A stretch of 28,291 nt of DNA, from positions 1 through 28,291 of the forward strand of contig JBDRLL010000028.1 of the NCBI GenBank assembly GCA_043813075.1, given 5' to 3'. This stretch comes from Candidatus Altiarchaeota archaeon. GTDB lineage: Archaea; Altiarchaeota; Altiarchaeia; IMC4; SCGC-AAA252-I15. The notes beneath the pieces are model-generated. The model was not told where the DNA came from and made no database searches. It was given only the letters and a program-made list of their open reading frames with translations. Every line of letters begins with the position of its first letter. Position 1 is the stretch's first letter. Below, in pieces: positions 1 through 8,843 of this stretch. Position numbers and translations under genes: made by a program.

Positions 1-2
1 CC

Positions 3-356
3 CTAACCAGCGTAATAACCTACGTCATACTAATGCTCTTCTCGATACACGGACTATGCTTCTCAAAGAACACGATGAAGAAGATGCTGGTGATTGGGAT
101 AATCACCATATTCACCCTTGGCCCGATAATGACGAACGCCATAAGCAGGTACAGGATGCCCGTGACCCCCCTCATCATACTTCTAGCGTCATACAGCATG
201 ACAGAGTTCCACAGGATACGATACAGGAAACCTCTTGAAATCGTCTTTTTCGCCATCACCTTCACGGTAATGGCGATTTTCTTCTACGCCCAATGCCCGA
301 CAGTCACAGAATCAATCATTGAATACGCCGACAACGAGCTGATATGGGCCATATAG
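3..356 (+). CDS. 5'-partial polytopic membrane protein, probable C-terminus of a GT-C (PMT/ArnT-like) glycosyltransferase
   Basis: Frame is open from position 3 (CTA ACC AGC...) upstream of ATG 33, so the gene begins outside the window. Several hydrophobic helices and an 'SRYRMPVTP' motif like the C-terminal RY..P motif of GT-C enzymes. TAG at 354-356. Confidence 0.55.
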   Translation, partial: LTSVITYVILMLFSIHGLCFSKNTMKKMLVIGIITIFTLGPIMTNAISRYRMPVTPLIILLASYSMTEFHRIRYRKPLEIVFFAITFTVMAIFFYAQCPTVTESIIEYADNELIWAI

Positions 357-401
357 TGGGAGAGTATATTTATCATAATGGGGTAATAGGATAGTCAGAA
401 C

Positions 402-1349
402 ATGGATAGGACAAATGTAAAGACAATCTTCGGACTGATACTGACAGCGAACATAATCTCGGTCATATTCTTCATATACTTCAGTTCAACCGCAATCCCG
501 GAAGAACAGGTGGAAGTAGAGGTTACTGGAGACTATTTCGGGGAGGTTACGGCTAATGACAACGGGGGCAAGATTATAGCCCCATACCTTATTTCAGAGG
601 ATGTGTACTACATAGGCTTCGGGAGCGACAAGATGAGTTACGGCATATACCTTGTCAACACAACTGAAGGGGGGGTCATAATAGACAACGGCTGCGCCAT
701 ACACCGGGCAGAGGTCATCAATAAGCTAAACACCCTCGGATTCGCTCCGGAGGACATAAAATACGTGCTGAACACACACGCACACGGAGACCATGTTGGA
801 GCTGACAAACTTTTGCAGGATGCGGGGGCTAAGATAGTGATAAACGCAAAAGACGCCCCGTCACTGGAGTTCGGTGATGACATGATATTCTGCAGATTCT
901 GCTGTCCGATAGAATTAAAGCTCGTTAAGCCAAACATCATAATCAGAGATGGCAGCAAGATAGTGGTAGGCGATAAGACATTCCAGGCAATGGAATTCGG
1001 AGGCCACACTCCAGGAAGCACAGTATATATCATGAAATACATCTCTCCGACAGGCGTGAAGAAGGTGTATTTTACGGGAGATACTGTAATGGGGATAGAA
1101 TGGTTCGCCCATTGGAGAGGAAACAATTACTCAAACCTGACCCAATTCGCAGAATCAATAAAGAGGATATGGGCTGAGACTGGTAGAGACCCGGAATACA
1201 CCAAGTACTACATAGCTGCCGGACACATAAAGCCAAACGTCAAATGGACGTTCAAGGAGATGGACAAGAAATCATTCAGAGGAAACCTCGACAAGGTGAA
1301 GAAAAACGTTTTAAAGACTAAATACGAGATAAACAGTGACGTCTTATAG
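402..1349 (+). CDS. Membrane-anchored metallo-beta-lactamase-fold hydrolase (subclass B3-like motifs)
   Basis: THAHGDH (HxHxDH, 777-794), GHTPGS, FTGD and AGH metal-ligand motifs. N-terminal hydrophobic helix (IFGLILTANIISVIFFIYF). Confidence 0.88.
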   Translation: MDRTNVKTIFGLILTANIISVIFFIYFSSTAIPEEQVEVEVTGDYFGEVTANDNGGKIIAPYLISEDVYYIGFGSDKMSYGIYLVNTTEGGVIIDNGCAIHRAEVINKLNTLGFAPEDIKYVLNTHAHGDHVGADKLLQDAGAKIVINAKDAPSLEFGDDMIFCRFCCPIELKLVKPNIIIRDGSKIVVGDKTFQAMEFGGHTPGSTVYIMKYISPTGVKKVYFTGDTVMGIEWFAHWRGNNYSNLTQFAESIKRIWAETGRDPEYTKYYIAAGHIKPNVKWTFKEMDKKSFRGNLDKVKKNVLKTKYEINSDVL

Positions 1350-1357
1350 ACCACGCT

Positions 1358-2725
1358 TCAGACAAGATATCCTATCTCCTTAAGCCGCTTCTCCACGTCA
1401 ACACTGTACTCCACCTCATTAACAGGATTAGAGTCATTAGCCATTAAGAGAAAACCAGACATCAGTCCCTTAAGATCATCGGCGGCACCAGGGTTTACGG
1501 CATACACGTTCCTCAACTCCCTAGGGTCGGAAGCCAGGTCAAACAACTCCCACCTGACATCATCGCCTGACGCGTCAGGCCAGAAGACAAGTTTAAGCCC
1601 CTTATACCTCAAAGCCCTCTGGTCTGGAGCATACATCGGGTGTATAGCCTCGCTATATACGACAAGGTCTTCATTACGCACCCCAGCCAACACTGGTATG
1701 AGAGTCTCCCCACCATACCCATTATATGGTATGTCGAGTGTGTCTAGGATTGTCGGTGGTATATCAACCTCCCTCACCTGGTATGGCACCCTGACCCCAG
1801 TAATCGACGGTATCCTCATGAAAAGTGGGACGTGTATAAGCTCGTCGTAATGAGTGTGGCCATGATCGCACCCCCCGTGATCCTGGAATTCCTCGCCATG
1901 ATCCCCGACAACAATGATTATCGTCTTATTGTACAGGCCAAGCTCCTTGACGCCGTCTATAAGGCCTCCAATATGCTCGTCCGCGAAACGTATCTCCCCG
2001 TCATAAAGCGCAGTAAGGTACTCCACCTCCTTTGGTGTGTAGACAGTCTCCTTGCATATGCCCCTGCTCGTCGCATAGTATTTTTCTGGAATGTCCTTTA
2101 TGAAAAGGGAGTCATAACCCTCCTGCGGGTTGTAGGGCTGGTGCGGCTCGTTATAATGAAGCCATATGAGGAACTTCTCATTCCTGTGGGCGCGCATGAA
2201 GTTGATTGTCTGCTGCCTGAAGCCGTCAGCCCTCCCTCCAGGCCCGCGTTCAACGAATCCCTGGCTAAAGCCGAGGTCAGCCAGCGGGAACCACGCGTTA
2301 TAGTTGTAGTATGTGTAGTACCCGTTCTCGGATAGTGTCTCCGCCAGAGTCTTAACATTATCATTGAGAGCCACCCTCGGACCGACAAGGCCATGCTGGC
2401 TGGGATACAATGAGGATAATATGGATGCGAGGGAGGGGAGAGTCCATGGCGACTGGACGAACGCCTTATCGAACTGTATGTTCTCCCGCCCGAACTCGTC
2501 CAGCCGGGGGGTTATGTTCCGGTGATACCCGTTTGACGTCACATGGTCCGCCCTGAACGTCTCCACCGTCAAGATTATGACGTTACAGTCAACGCACTTA
2601 TAGTCCACTCCAACATCCCATACACGAGTAGTGGTCGTCTTCCCCTTGGATGAGGGCGGTTCTGAAATGCATGCGACAGACAGCAAAACAACCGTGAATA
2701 GCATGAAACACGTCCTTGAAGCCAT
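1358..2725 (-). CDS. Exported/anchored sulfatase-like enzyme (alkaline phosphatase superfamily) with Thr at the nucleophile position
   Basis: NVIILTVETFRADH, SPWTLPSLASILSSLYP, HYNEPHQPY, YDGEI, GDHGEEF, HGH, HVPL, ELFDL..DP.E and C-terminal RLKEIGY. N-terminal hydrophobic segment. Start placed at ATG 2725 (AAGGTG RBS upstream); ORF track start is 2764. Confidence 0.88.
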   Translation of the reverse strand: MASRTCFMLFTVVLLSVACISEPPSSKGKTTTTRVWDVGVDYKCVDCNVIILTVETFRADHVTSNGYHRNITPRLDEFGRENIQFDKAFVQSPWTLPSLASILSSLYPSQHGLVGPRVALNDNVKTLAETLSENGYYTYYNYNAWFPLADLGFSQGFVERGPGGRADGFRQQTINFMRAHRNEKFLIWLHYNEPHQPYNPQEGYDSLFIKDIPEKYYATSRGICKETVYTPKEVEYLTALYDGEIRFADEHIGGLIDGVKELGLYNKTIIIVVGDHGEEFQDHGGCDHGHTHYDELIHVPLFMRIPSITGVRVPYQVREVDIPPTILDTLDIPYNGYGGETLIPVLAGVRNEDLVVYSEAIHPMYAPDQRALRYKGLKLVFWPDASGDDVRWELFDLASDPRELRNVYAVNPGAADDLKGLMSGFLLMANDSNPVNEVEYSVDVEKRLKEIGYLV

Positions 2726-2751
2726 GAAAACACCTTGAGAGACTAAGAATA

Positions 2752-3498
2752 CTATTTTACACACATGTCTTTAAAATCCACTCCAACATTAGGGCACGCG
2801 CACAATGATTTAACATCACCATAAGTGTTCAAAAGCCCGTTAATGCAAGACAGGTTATATTCCCCTGCCGCATTGCATTTCGAAACCAGTGCGCATGGAG
2901 TCGAGCCTCCGGAAGACCCTAAACGAAGGCCTATATGATGGAAACAATAGTCCACTGGAGCCTGAGAGACGCTAGAGTAATCATCCCTAACCCTACCACA
3001 GAAATCAAAGGCAGATGCAATACTACGCTGGGAGACTATGTCAGACAGGTGGCCTATGCAGTCGTGCTCGAACCCGCCGCTCATCCTGCATGAGTCGTAG
3101 GCGTGCCCGTAGTCTGTATAAGCGTTGGCAAGTGCCTCCGCTGACTTGAAGAAGCATTCATCACGCCAGACACCATCGAGGATAGCGCACACGTCGGACG
3201 CCGTCTTCCTGCCAACGGAATCCTCTGGCTTATTGAATATGGCGAACACCGCAACATCAGTCATACAGTGACCCCTTACATTTTCACGCCCTATCTGGAG
3301 ACAGTATGAGACAGACTTGTTCGCCTCATGGCGTGTGAAAGAGGACTTACGGTATAGGCAGTAGTCCAGATACTCTGCGGGAAATTCGTCACAAACTGGG
3401 TTAAGCTCCTGGCGGCCTGCACCAGACATCAAGTGCATAGAATAGTAGGTGGCCGCCAAAAGTACTGCAGCCAACAGCACGTACATCCTACAGCCCAT
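2752..3498 (-). CDS. Membrane-anchored Cys-pair repeat protein of unknown function
   Basis: N-terminal TM helix followed by about six Cys-pair units, mostly C-x9-11-C. Start placed at ATG 3498 (GAAGGTGA RBS); ORF track start is TTG 3516. Confidence 0.75.
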   Translation of the reverse strand: MGCRMYVLLAAVLLAATYYSMHLMSGAGRQELNPVCDEFPAEYLDYCLYRKSSFTRHEANKSVSYCLQIGRENVRGHCMTDVAVFAIFNKPEDSVGRKTASDVCAILDGVWRDECFFKSAEALANAYTDYGHAYDSCRMSGGFEHDCIGHLSDIVSQRSIASAFDFCGRVRDDYSSVSQAPVDYCFHHIGLRLGSSGGSTPCALVSKCNAAGEYNLSCINGLLNTYGDVKSLCACPNVGVDFKDMCVK

Positions 3499-3502
3499 AG
3501 AG

Positions 3503-3931
3503 TTATTCACCTTCAATCACACTCCGGAACAGGAATGGCCTCCCGATTTCATCATAGCAGGACGAGCGCAGTCCGTCATGCCCTATCTTATCGCACAATG
3601 ACCTGAGTTTCTCTGACAACTGCGCGTATCCCCGCGGCACACCCCTGTTCTTAATGTAGTAGCTGACGAGTATGTCATGCACCATCTCGTAGTTGCACGC
3701 GTCCCTTATGACGGGTTCGGAGACGATCTCGCAATACTTCTCGGACCGCTCAGGGTCTGACAGCACAATGCCTGCTGAAGCCTGTGAGATACACGCGTCC
3801 CCCTCCAACGCAACAGCCACATCATCGCATTCGACAGGCCTCGCCTGGAGCGACACGAGCAGATAGTACAATATGAATGCCAAAAGAAGGCCTGCTGCCA
3901 TGAGGTATATCCCACCATCATTACGTCTCAT
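3503..3931 (-). CDS. Small membrane-anchored Cys-pair repeat protein of unknown function
   Basis: N-terminal TM helix and three C-x11-C units. Purine-rich GGTGATGGGAGAGG directly upstream of the ATG. Confidence 0.75.
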   Translation of the reverse strand: MRRNDGGIYLMAAGLLLAFILYYLLVSLQARPVECDDVAVALEGDACISQASAGIVLSDPERSEKYCEIVSEPVIRDACNYEMVHDILVSYYIKNRGVPRGYAQLSEKLRSLCDKIGHDGLRSSCYDEIGRPFLFRSVIEGE

Positions 3932-3952
3932 CCTCTCCCATCACCAACGTTT

Positions 3953-5533
3953 TTAAGGTATCCTCCAGACCTGAACCCCAGAACGTTTTATCTTCTTTAG
4001 GTTGTCTGGCACATGGTCTAGCGAGTCGAACTCCATAACCCACTTGGAGGGTATCCTGACCAGGCAGCTCTTCTTTGACTTGTAACGCTGAAGGGATGAC
4101 AAGTCCTCGTAGACGACATAGGCGTTGAAGCTTTCCTGACAGTCTATAAGCTCTATGCGTATGAAATCCAAGTCAAGGTCACTGCCATGATATATCCTCA
4201 TGAAGTTATAAACGTCAAAGTCCGCGTAATAGAAGCCGGACTTGCCCTTAAGGAAATCGTATGCTAGGCGGTAGCCGATAATCCTGGAATTATCGAAGAC
4301 CCATAAGGCATGGGTGACGTAGAGCGAGCTCGAAACAAGTGACAGTAAGAGTATAACCGCTGTTATCCTATGGAAAGTGCTCTTGCGTAAGAATTCCACT
4401 ATCATGCGGGACACCATTATGGAGGCTGCAGGCAGCAGTATGGATATGAACCTACCGTCCTTGTGGATCATCTTCCATTCTGTTATGCTCTGAGTGCCAA
4501 AGTTTAGGTAGATTGCGAGGACTATGAACCATAGTAGAATCATAGTGTCCTTAGACGAACGCTTATACAAGAGGTATATCAGGGAGAGTAACATGTAGAA
4601 CCCGAAGAACCCGAAGAGAGGGGCATCCACAAAACCGAACTTGCTTGTGAAATGGGTCAGCTCGAATTCAAGAGTCTTCTTGTTTATGCCGAATAGTATT
4701 GAAGGGTAAACTAGAAGGTCGTTCCAATTCGCAGTCTCATCATAGAAGAGTATGTTTGCAGCCAGGTTACGGATGGTGCCGACATTATAGTAGGAGAATA
4801 CTGCGACCTGGAGGAGGACCATCATGCAGAATCCAAGCGCGAAGGAGGCGGGAGCATAACCTATCCTACGCTCCTTTAGGATGTAGTACAACACCATTGA
4901 CGACGCGAAGACGACGAATATCATGGCCGTGACCTTTACCAGAAACGCCAGTCCAGTCGCGAGTCCTGAAAGGAGGAATAAGAAGTGTCTGTTCCCACGG
5001 TCCCTGACGCCCAGGAAAAGGAAATACGCTGCGAGAGAAGTGTAGAACTCGAGGGGTACGTCAGGCATGTACCAGCTGGCCCAGAGAATGTTGAAGGGCA
5101 CGACACCAACTATGAGAGAGGAGAGGAGAGATGTCCACTCATCATAGAATATCCGGGATATCCTGTACACCAGGGGTATAAGCAATATCGAGCAGAGCAT
5201 CGACTGGGATACGACAGCCATCTCGCTGAGGCCGAATATTTTTATGGCGAACATGGGTGGGAAGTACATGAGTATCCGGCTGCCGTAGACGCCAGCCAAC
5301 TGTTTTTTAGGCTGGAAGCCATCCAACAGATTGACAAGCCGGTTCATGTAGACTGGAGTGTCGCTTAGGTTCAAGCCGACGAAGAAGTACATTCGGAGTA
5401 ACACATTCAACAGGATTATCAGTATGAGCAATACGTGGACTTTGTTCTTAACCATGAAGTCAAATGGGCCTGGAGTCAGGGTCCTCTTCTTGCTCACACC
5501 ACCACTCTTCTTTACCACGTAAACCCCCTCCAC
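3953..5533 (-). CDS. GT-C fold polytopic glycosyltransferase (PMT_2/ArnT-like)
   Basis: Many TM helices with LR....G...D..Y after TM1, 'WYMPDVP', 'GLAFLVK' and 'KDGRF..ILLP' motifs and a soluble C-terminal domain. Alternative start GTG 5518 after GGAGGGGG. Confidence 0.8.
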   Translation of the reverse strand: MEGVYVVKKSGGVSKKRTLTPGPFDFMVKNKVHVLLILIILLNVLLRMYFFVGLNLSDTPVYMNRLVNLLDGFQPKKQLAGVYGSRILMYFPPMFAIKIFGLSEMAVVSQSMLCSILLIPLVYRISRIFYDEWTSLLSSLIVGVVPFNILWASWYMPDVPLEFYTSLAAYFLFLGVRDRGNRHFLFLLSGLATGLAFLVKVTAMIFVVFASSMVLYYILKERRIGYAPASFALGFCMMVLLQVAVFSYYNVGTIRNLAANILFYDETANWNDLLVYPSILFGINKKTLEFELTHFTSKFGFVDAPLFGFFGFYMLLSLIYLLYKRSSKDTMILLWFIVLAIYLNFGTQSITEWKMIHKDGRFISILLPAASIMVSRMIVEFLRKSTFHRITAVILLLSLVSSSLYVTHALWVFDNSRIIGYRLAYDFLKGKSGFYYADFDVYNFMRIYHGSDLDLDFIRIELIDCQESFNAYVVYEDLSSLQRYKSKKSCLVRIPSKWVMEFDSLDHVPDNLKKIKRSGVQVWRIP

Positions 5534-5582
5534 TAACTATGAAACCTATTTTACTTATTCATAGTAGTATAGTTATTAAGAT
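5534..5582. promoter_or_regulatory. AT-rich divergent promoter region between the GT-C operon and the radical SAM gene
   Basis: 49-bp AT-rich gap between divergent starts; exact TATA boxes not resolvable by eye. Confidence 0.45.
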
Positions 5583-7070
5583 ATGAAAAAAGATGTCGTC
5601 CTAGTCTTCCCTAAGACAAGCCAGGACATCGGTGGATCAATTTCGGCACCATTCAGCGTGCTCACCATAGCGGCGCCACTGAAGGAGGATGGATACAACA
5701 TAAGGATCATAGACCAGCGGATAGAATCCGACTGGAGGACTACTCTTGAAAAGGAAGTGAGACAGCACCCGACATGCGTTGGAGTATCGAGCATGACTGG
5801 ATTCCAGATACACTATGCATTAGAGGCTGTGAATCTGGTGAAAGACACATCCCCAGACACGAAGGTTGTGTTCGGAGGCATACACGCGTCCATAATGCCT
5901 GAGCAATCACTGAAGACTTCGAGTATAGACTACGTGGTCCGGAACGAGGGGGAGGCGACATTCAGGGAGCTGGTGAACGCCCTAGAGAATGACTCGAGCG
6001 TATCGAACATAAACGGCCTCACATACAAGTCTGGTGAAAAGATCATCAGCAACCAGGACAGGGAGTTCATAAAACTGGATGACATGCCGCCAACCCCGTG
6101 GGAGCTTATAGACGCGGATAGATACATACACAAGGTTGTGATAATGGGCGACAGCGGCAGGGAGATGGACATAGGAGAGACCACGCGTGGATGCCCATTC
6201 AACTGTAGGTTCTGCTACAACGCACTGCACCATAAGAGATGCTGGAGGAGCATGAGTGTTGAAAAAACAGTAGAGATGATAAAAAATGCCGTCGACAAGT
6301 TCAAACTGGACGCGATATGGCTGAGGGACGACAACTTCTTCGTTGACTTCAAACGCGTTGAAGGAATAGCTGAAAGCATGGTAAATGAGAAGATGGACGT
6401 GAGATGGTATACTTCAGGCATAAGGATAGATCTCTTCAACGGGATGGATGAGAACATGATTAAACTGCTGAAGAAGAGCGGGTGCGACAGCTTCAGGTTT
6501 GGGGTGGAGTCAGGATCACAGCGGATACTCGACCTCATAGGGAAAAACATCCGGGTTGAGGAGGTTGTGGCAGCGAACGACAGGTGCAGGAAGCACGGGC
6601 TGACCCCCCACTACTCATACATGTGCGGTTTCCCTACCGAGACGGTCGATGACATAATGAAAACCGTCCACCTAGCCATGAAACTCAAGAAGGATAATCC
6701 AGATGGAAAGATGCATCCCATAAACGTCTACGCACCATACCCTGGCACAGAATTATACGCCCTCTGCCTTAAGGAGGGACTCACCCCACCAAAGTCCCTG
6801 GAGGAGTGGAGCCATATAGACTGGATGAGCAAGGACCCCCGCTTCCTATCATACCTAAGTGAGGAGGTCTTTGAGACAGCTAACAGCGTATCTAATCTTT
6901 CGTACTTCGTTTCAGACGCAGTCAGGATGGTGCTGCCAGACTACGTTAAGATGCTCGCACTCCCAATCCTATTGTGGTCTGACTTCAGGTGGAACCATAG
7001 AATCTACGCGCAAGACTATGAGATGTGGCTGTTCAGGAAGATAGTGGACAAGGTGCTTGGAAAGGACTAG
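5583..7070 (+). CDS. Cobalamin (B12)-binding radical SAM protein (class B methyltransferase/BchE-like superfamily)
   Basis: N-terminal B12-binding domain (VGVSSMT, VFGGIHAS, NEGE), then TRGCPFNCRFC (CxxxCxxC), DDNF, GVESGS, GFPTET and PYPGT. Confidence 0.92.
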   Translation: MKKDVVLVFPKTSQDIGGSISAPFSVLTIAAPLKEDGYNIRIIDQRIESDWRTTLEKEVRQHPTCVGVSSMTGFQIHYALEAVNLVKDTSPDTKVVFGGIHASIMPEQSLKTSSIDYVVRNEGEATFRELVNALENDSSVSNINGLTYKSGEKIISNQDREFIKLDDMPPTPWELIDADRYIHKVVIMGDSGREMDIGETTRGCPFNCRFCYNALHHKRCWRSMSVEKTVEMIKNAVDKFKLDAIWLRDDNFFVDFKRVEGIAESMVNEKMDVRWYTSGIRIDLFNGMDENMIKLLKKSGCDSFRFGVESGSQRILDLIGKNIRVEEVVAANDRCRKHGLTPHYSYMCGFPTETVDDIMKTVHLAMKLKKDNPDGKMHPINVYAPYPGTELYALCLKEGLTPPKSLEEWSHIDWMSKDPRFLSYLSEEVFETANSVSNLSYFVSDAVRMVLPDYVKMLALPILLWSDFRWNHRIYAQDYEMWLFRKIVDKVLGKD

Positions 7071-7735
7071 CCAGACAATTCAGTGAATATCCGCTTCAGA
7101 ATAATCCAGCCATCGCTGATGGTCTCCAGCTTGCCTTCACCAGATTTCCTAGGGCATTCAAAGCTTGGAACCTCAAGTATCCTCAGCCTGTTCTTAGCAG
7201 CCTTTATTGATATCTCAGTCTCTATGCCAAAACCATTTTCAGTCAAATCAAGCTTCTCCACCACGCCCTTTCGGAAAGACCGGTAGCCGTAGCATAAGTC
7301 AGAATAGTTGGTATGCCATATCATGTTAACAAGCCAGACGAAAAACATGTTGCCCATCTTCCGGACTATGCTTATGTCCTCACTACCACCACCCTGTATG
7401 AAGCGGGAGCCCATGCAAATGTCGAACCCAGCCTCAATGCCAGCAATCAAGAGTATCAGCTCGCTGGACATGTGGGAGCAGTCAGCATCCATCATTATTA
7501 TTATGTCACCGGAAGCCGCGCCCAAACCCGTTCGTAGGGCGGAACCCTTACCCTTAGCGTCATACAACACCCTACACCCATGGCTCTCAGCAACTTCAAC
7601 AGTCCTGTCTGAAGAATGCCCGTCCACAACCAGGATCTCATCAACATAGTCAGGCAGGCTGCCCAACACGCTCGACAGGTTATGCTCTTCATTAAGGGTG
7701 GGGATTATAACTGAAATCGAATTTCCGTTCAACAT
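7067..7735 (-). CDS. Glycosyltransferase family 2, DPM1-like polyprenol-phosphate glycosyltransferase
   Basis: SVIIPTLNEE, VVDGHSSDRT, GKGSAL, MDAD (DxD), GSRF, SD..YGYR and FGIETEI. Start placed at ATG 7735 just after the trpS stop; ORF track start is GTG 7744. Confidence 0.92.
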   Translation of the reverse strand: MLNGNSISVIIPTLNEEHNLSSVLGSLPDYVDEILVVDGHSSDRTVEVAESHGCRVLYDAKGKGSALRTGLGAASGDIIIMMDADCSHMSSELILLIAGIEAGFDICMGSRFIQGGGSEDISIVRKMGNMFFVWLVNMIWHTNYSDLCYGYRSFRKGVVEKLDLTENGFGIETEISIKAAKNRLRILEVPSFECPRKSGEGKLETISDGWIILKRIFTELSG

Positions 7736-7736
7736 C

Positions 7737-8843
7737 CTAAACACTACCCACTATTTTAGACGCGGTCTCGCGGGCCTTCACCAGCTTGGCCTGATGCTTC
7801 ACCAGGAATTTCCGTACAAGTTCCGCGCAATTCTTCTTGTCGTCCCCGCACATCAGCTTCCCGGACCTGCATTCATGGTATATGCGCGACAACTCAATGT
7901 CATCGTCAATCAGGTGATACAAGTACAGCTCGTAGACGACACACTTCTCAGGCTCCCCTCCAATCCTCTTCTGCTCCTCCAGCGTCTCCCTCCCACCAGT
8001 CTTGGCACGCATCACCTTCCCAGCGGCCTCATCAGGGTCGTCGGTCAACGCGATATAACTCTTAGTGTTGCTGGAGCTCATTTTACCGCCCTCCAGGCCC
8101 TGCATGAACTTGTGGTACGTGGCGGATGGAGGAATGCACTTGAAGTCAGAGCCCCCGTCACGGTCCGCTGACAGGCGTGATGCAATATCCCTGGTCAGCC
8201 GGATGTGGGGGTCCTGGTCGACGCCGACGGGAACCACGACTGGCCGGGGGCCTCCGAAGCATTCCAATTGGGGGTGGAGTATGTCGGCGACCTGCGTTAG
8301 GACTGATATTATCTTGCCGGGTGACAGTTCCCCGTATATCGCCTTGAGTTCGTTGAAAGTGACCCTCTTGGACGCCATGTCCCTGAGACGGTAGAACTCT
8401 GTTATGTAGTCGCTTTGAAACCAGAAGTGGAAGTTCTTGCGCTTCAGGCCGAGGGCGAAGTAGTTGGCGAGATACTCCTCCAACGCTATCCTCCTCGCTT
8501 CCACAAATCCTATGTCCCGCATGAGATAACTCTCCATGTCCGCGGCACACACGAACACGTCAGCCCTCTTCTCCTGGAACCATATTATCTCTTCAGCCAC
8601 CATCTTATGGCCGAAATGGAATTTACCGGAAGGCATGAGCCCGGTCATCATCGCGTAAGGCCTGCTATTACTGATTGATTCGACGATGCTGCTAAAGTCC
8701 CTGTGGCCGAATATAACGCCCCTCCGGACGTACTTGAACTCGTCCAGGACCTTACGGTACTTCTCTATCGAGTCTATCCCAAAGTCTTCCATAAGCTTCC
8801 CATAGTCCCCCACGTCCGAGATTGCCCAGGGATCCATGTTCAT
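7737..8843 (-). CDS. trpS: Tryptophan--tRNA ligase (archaeal type)
   Basis: TGLMPSGKFHFGH (HIGH-like), QVADIL, VPVGVDQDPH, KMSSS, AKTGGR and CGDDK. Confidence 0.97.
   Translation of the reverse strand: MNMDPWAISDVGDYGKLMEDFGIDSIEKYRKVLDEFKYVRRGVIFGHRDFSSIVESISNSRPYAMMTGLMPSGKFHFGHKMVAEEIIWFQEKRADVFVCAADMESYLMRDIGFVEARRIALEEYLANYFALGLKRKNFHFWFQSDYITEFYRLRDMASKRVTFNELKAIYGELSPGKIISVLTQVADILHPQLECFGGPRPVVVPVGVDQDPHIRLTRDIASRLSADRDGGSDFKCIPPSATYHKFMQGLEGGKMSSSNTKSYIALTDDPDEAAGKVMRAKTGGRETLEEQKRIGGEPEKCVVYELYLYHLIDDDIELSRIYHECRSGKLMCGDDKKNCAELVRKFLVKHQAKLVKARETASKIVGSV

Noticed and set aside
2752-3931. Cys-rich proteins as multiheme cytochromes or ferredoxins
   Set aside because: No CxxCH or CxxCxxCxxxC motifs; the Cys residues are mostly spaced 9-11 apart.
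5583-7070. Radical SAM gene as anaerobic sulfatase maturase for the nearby sulfatase-like gene
   Set aside because: It has a B12-binding domain and no SPASM domain, and the partner has Thr, which cannot be converted to formylglycine.
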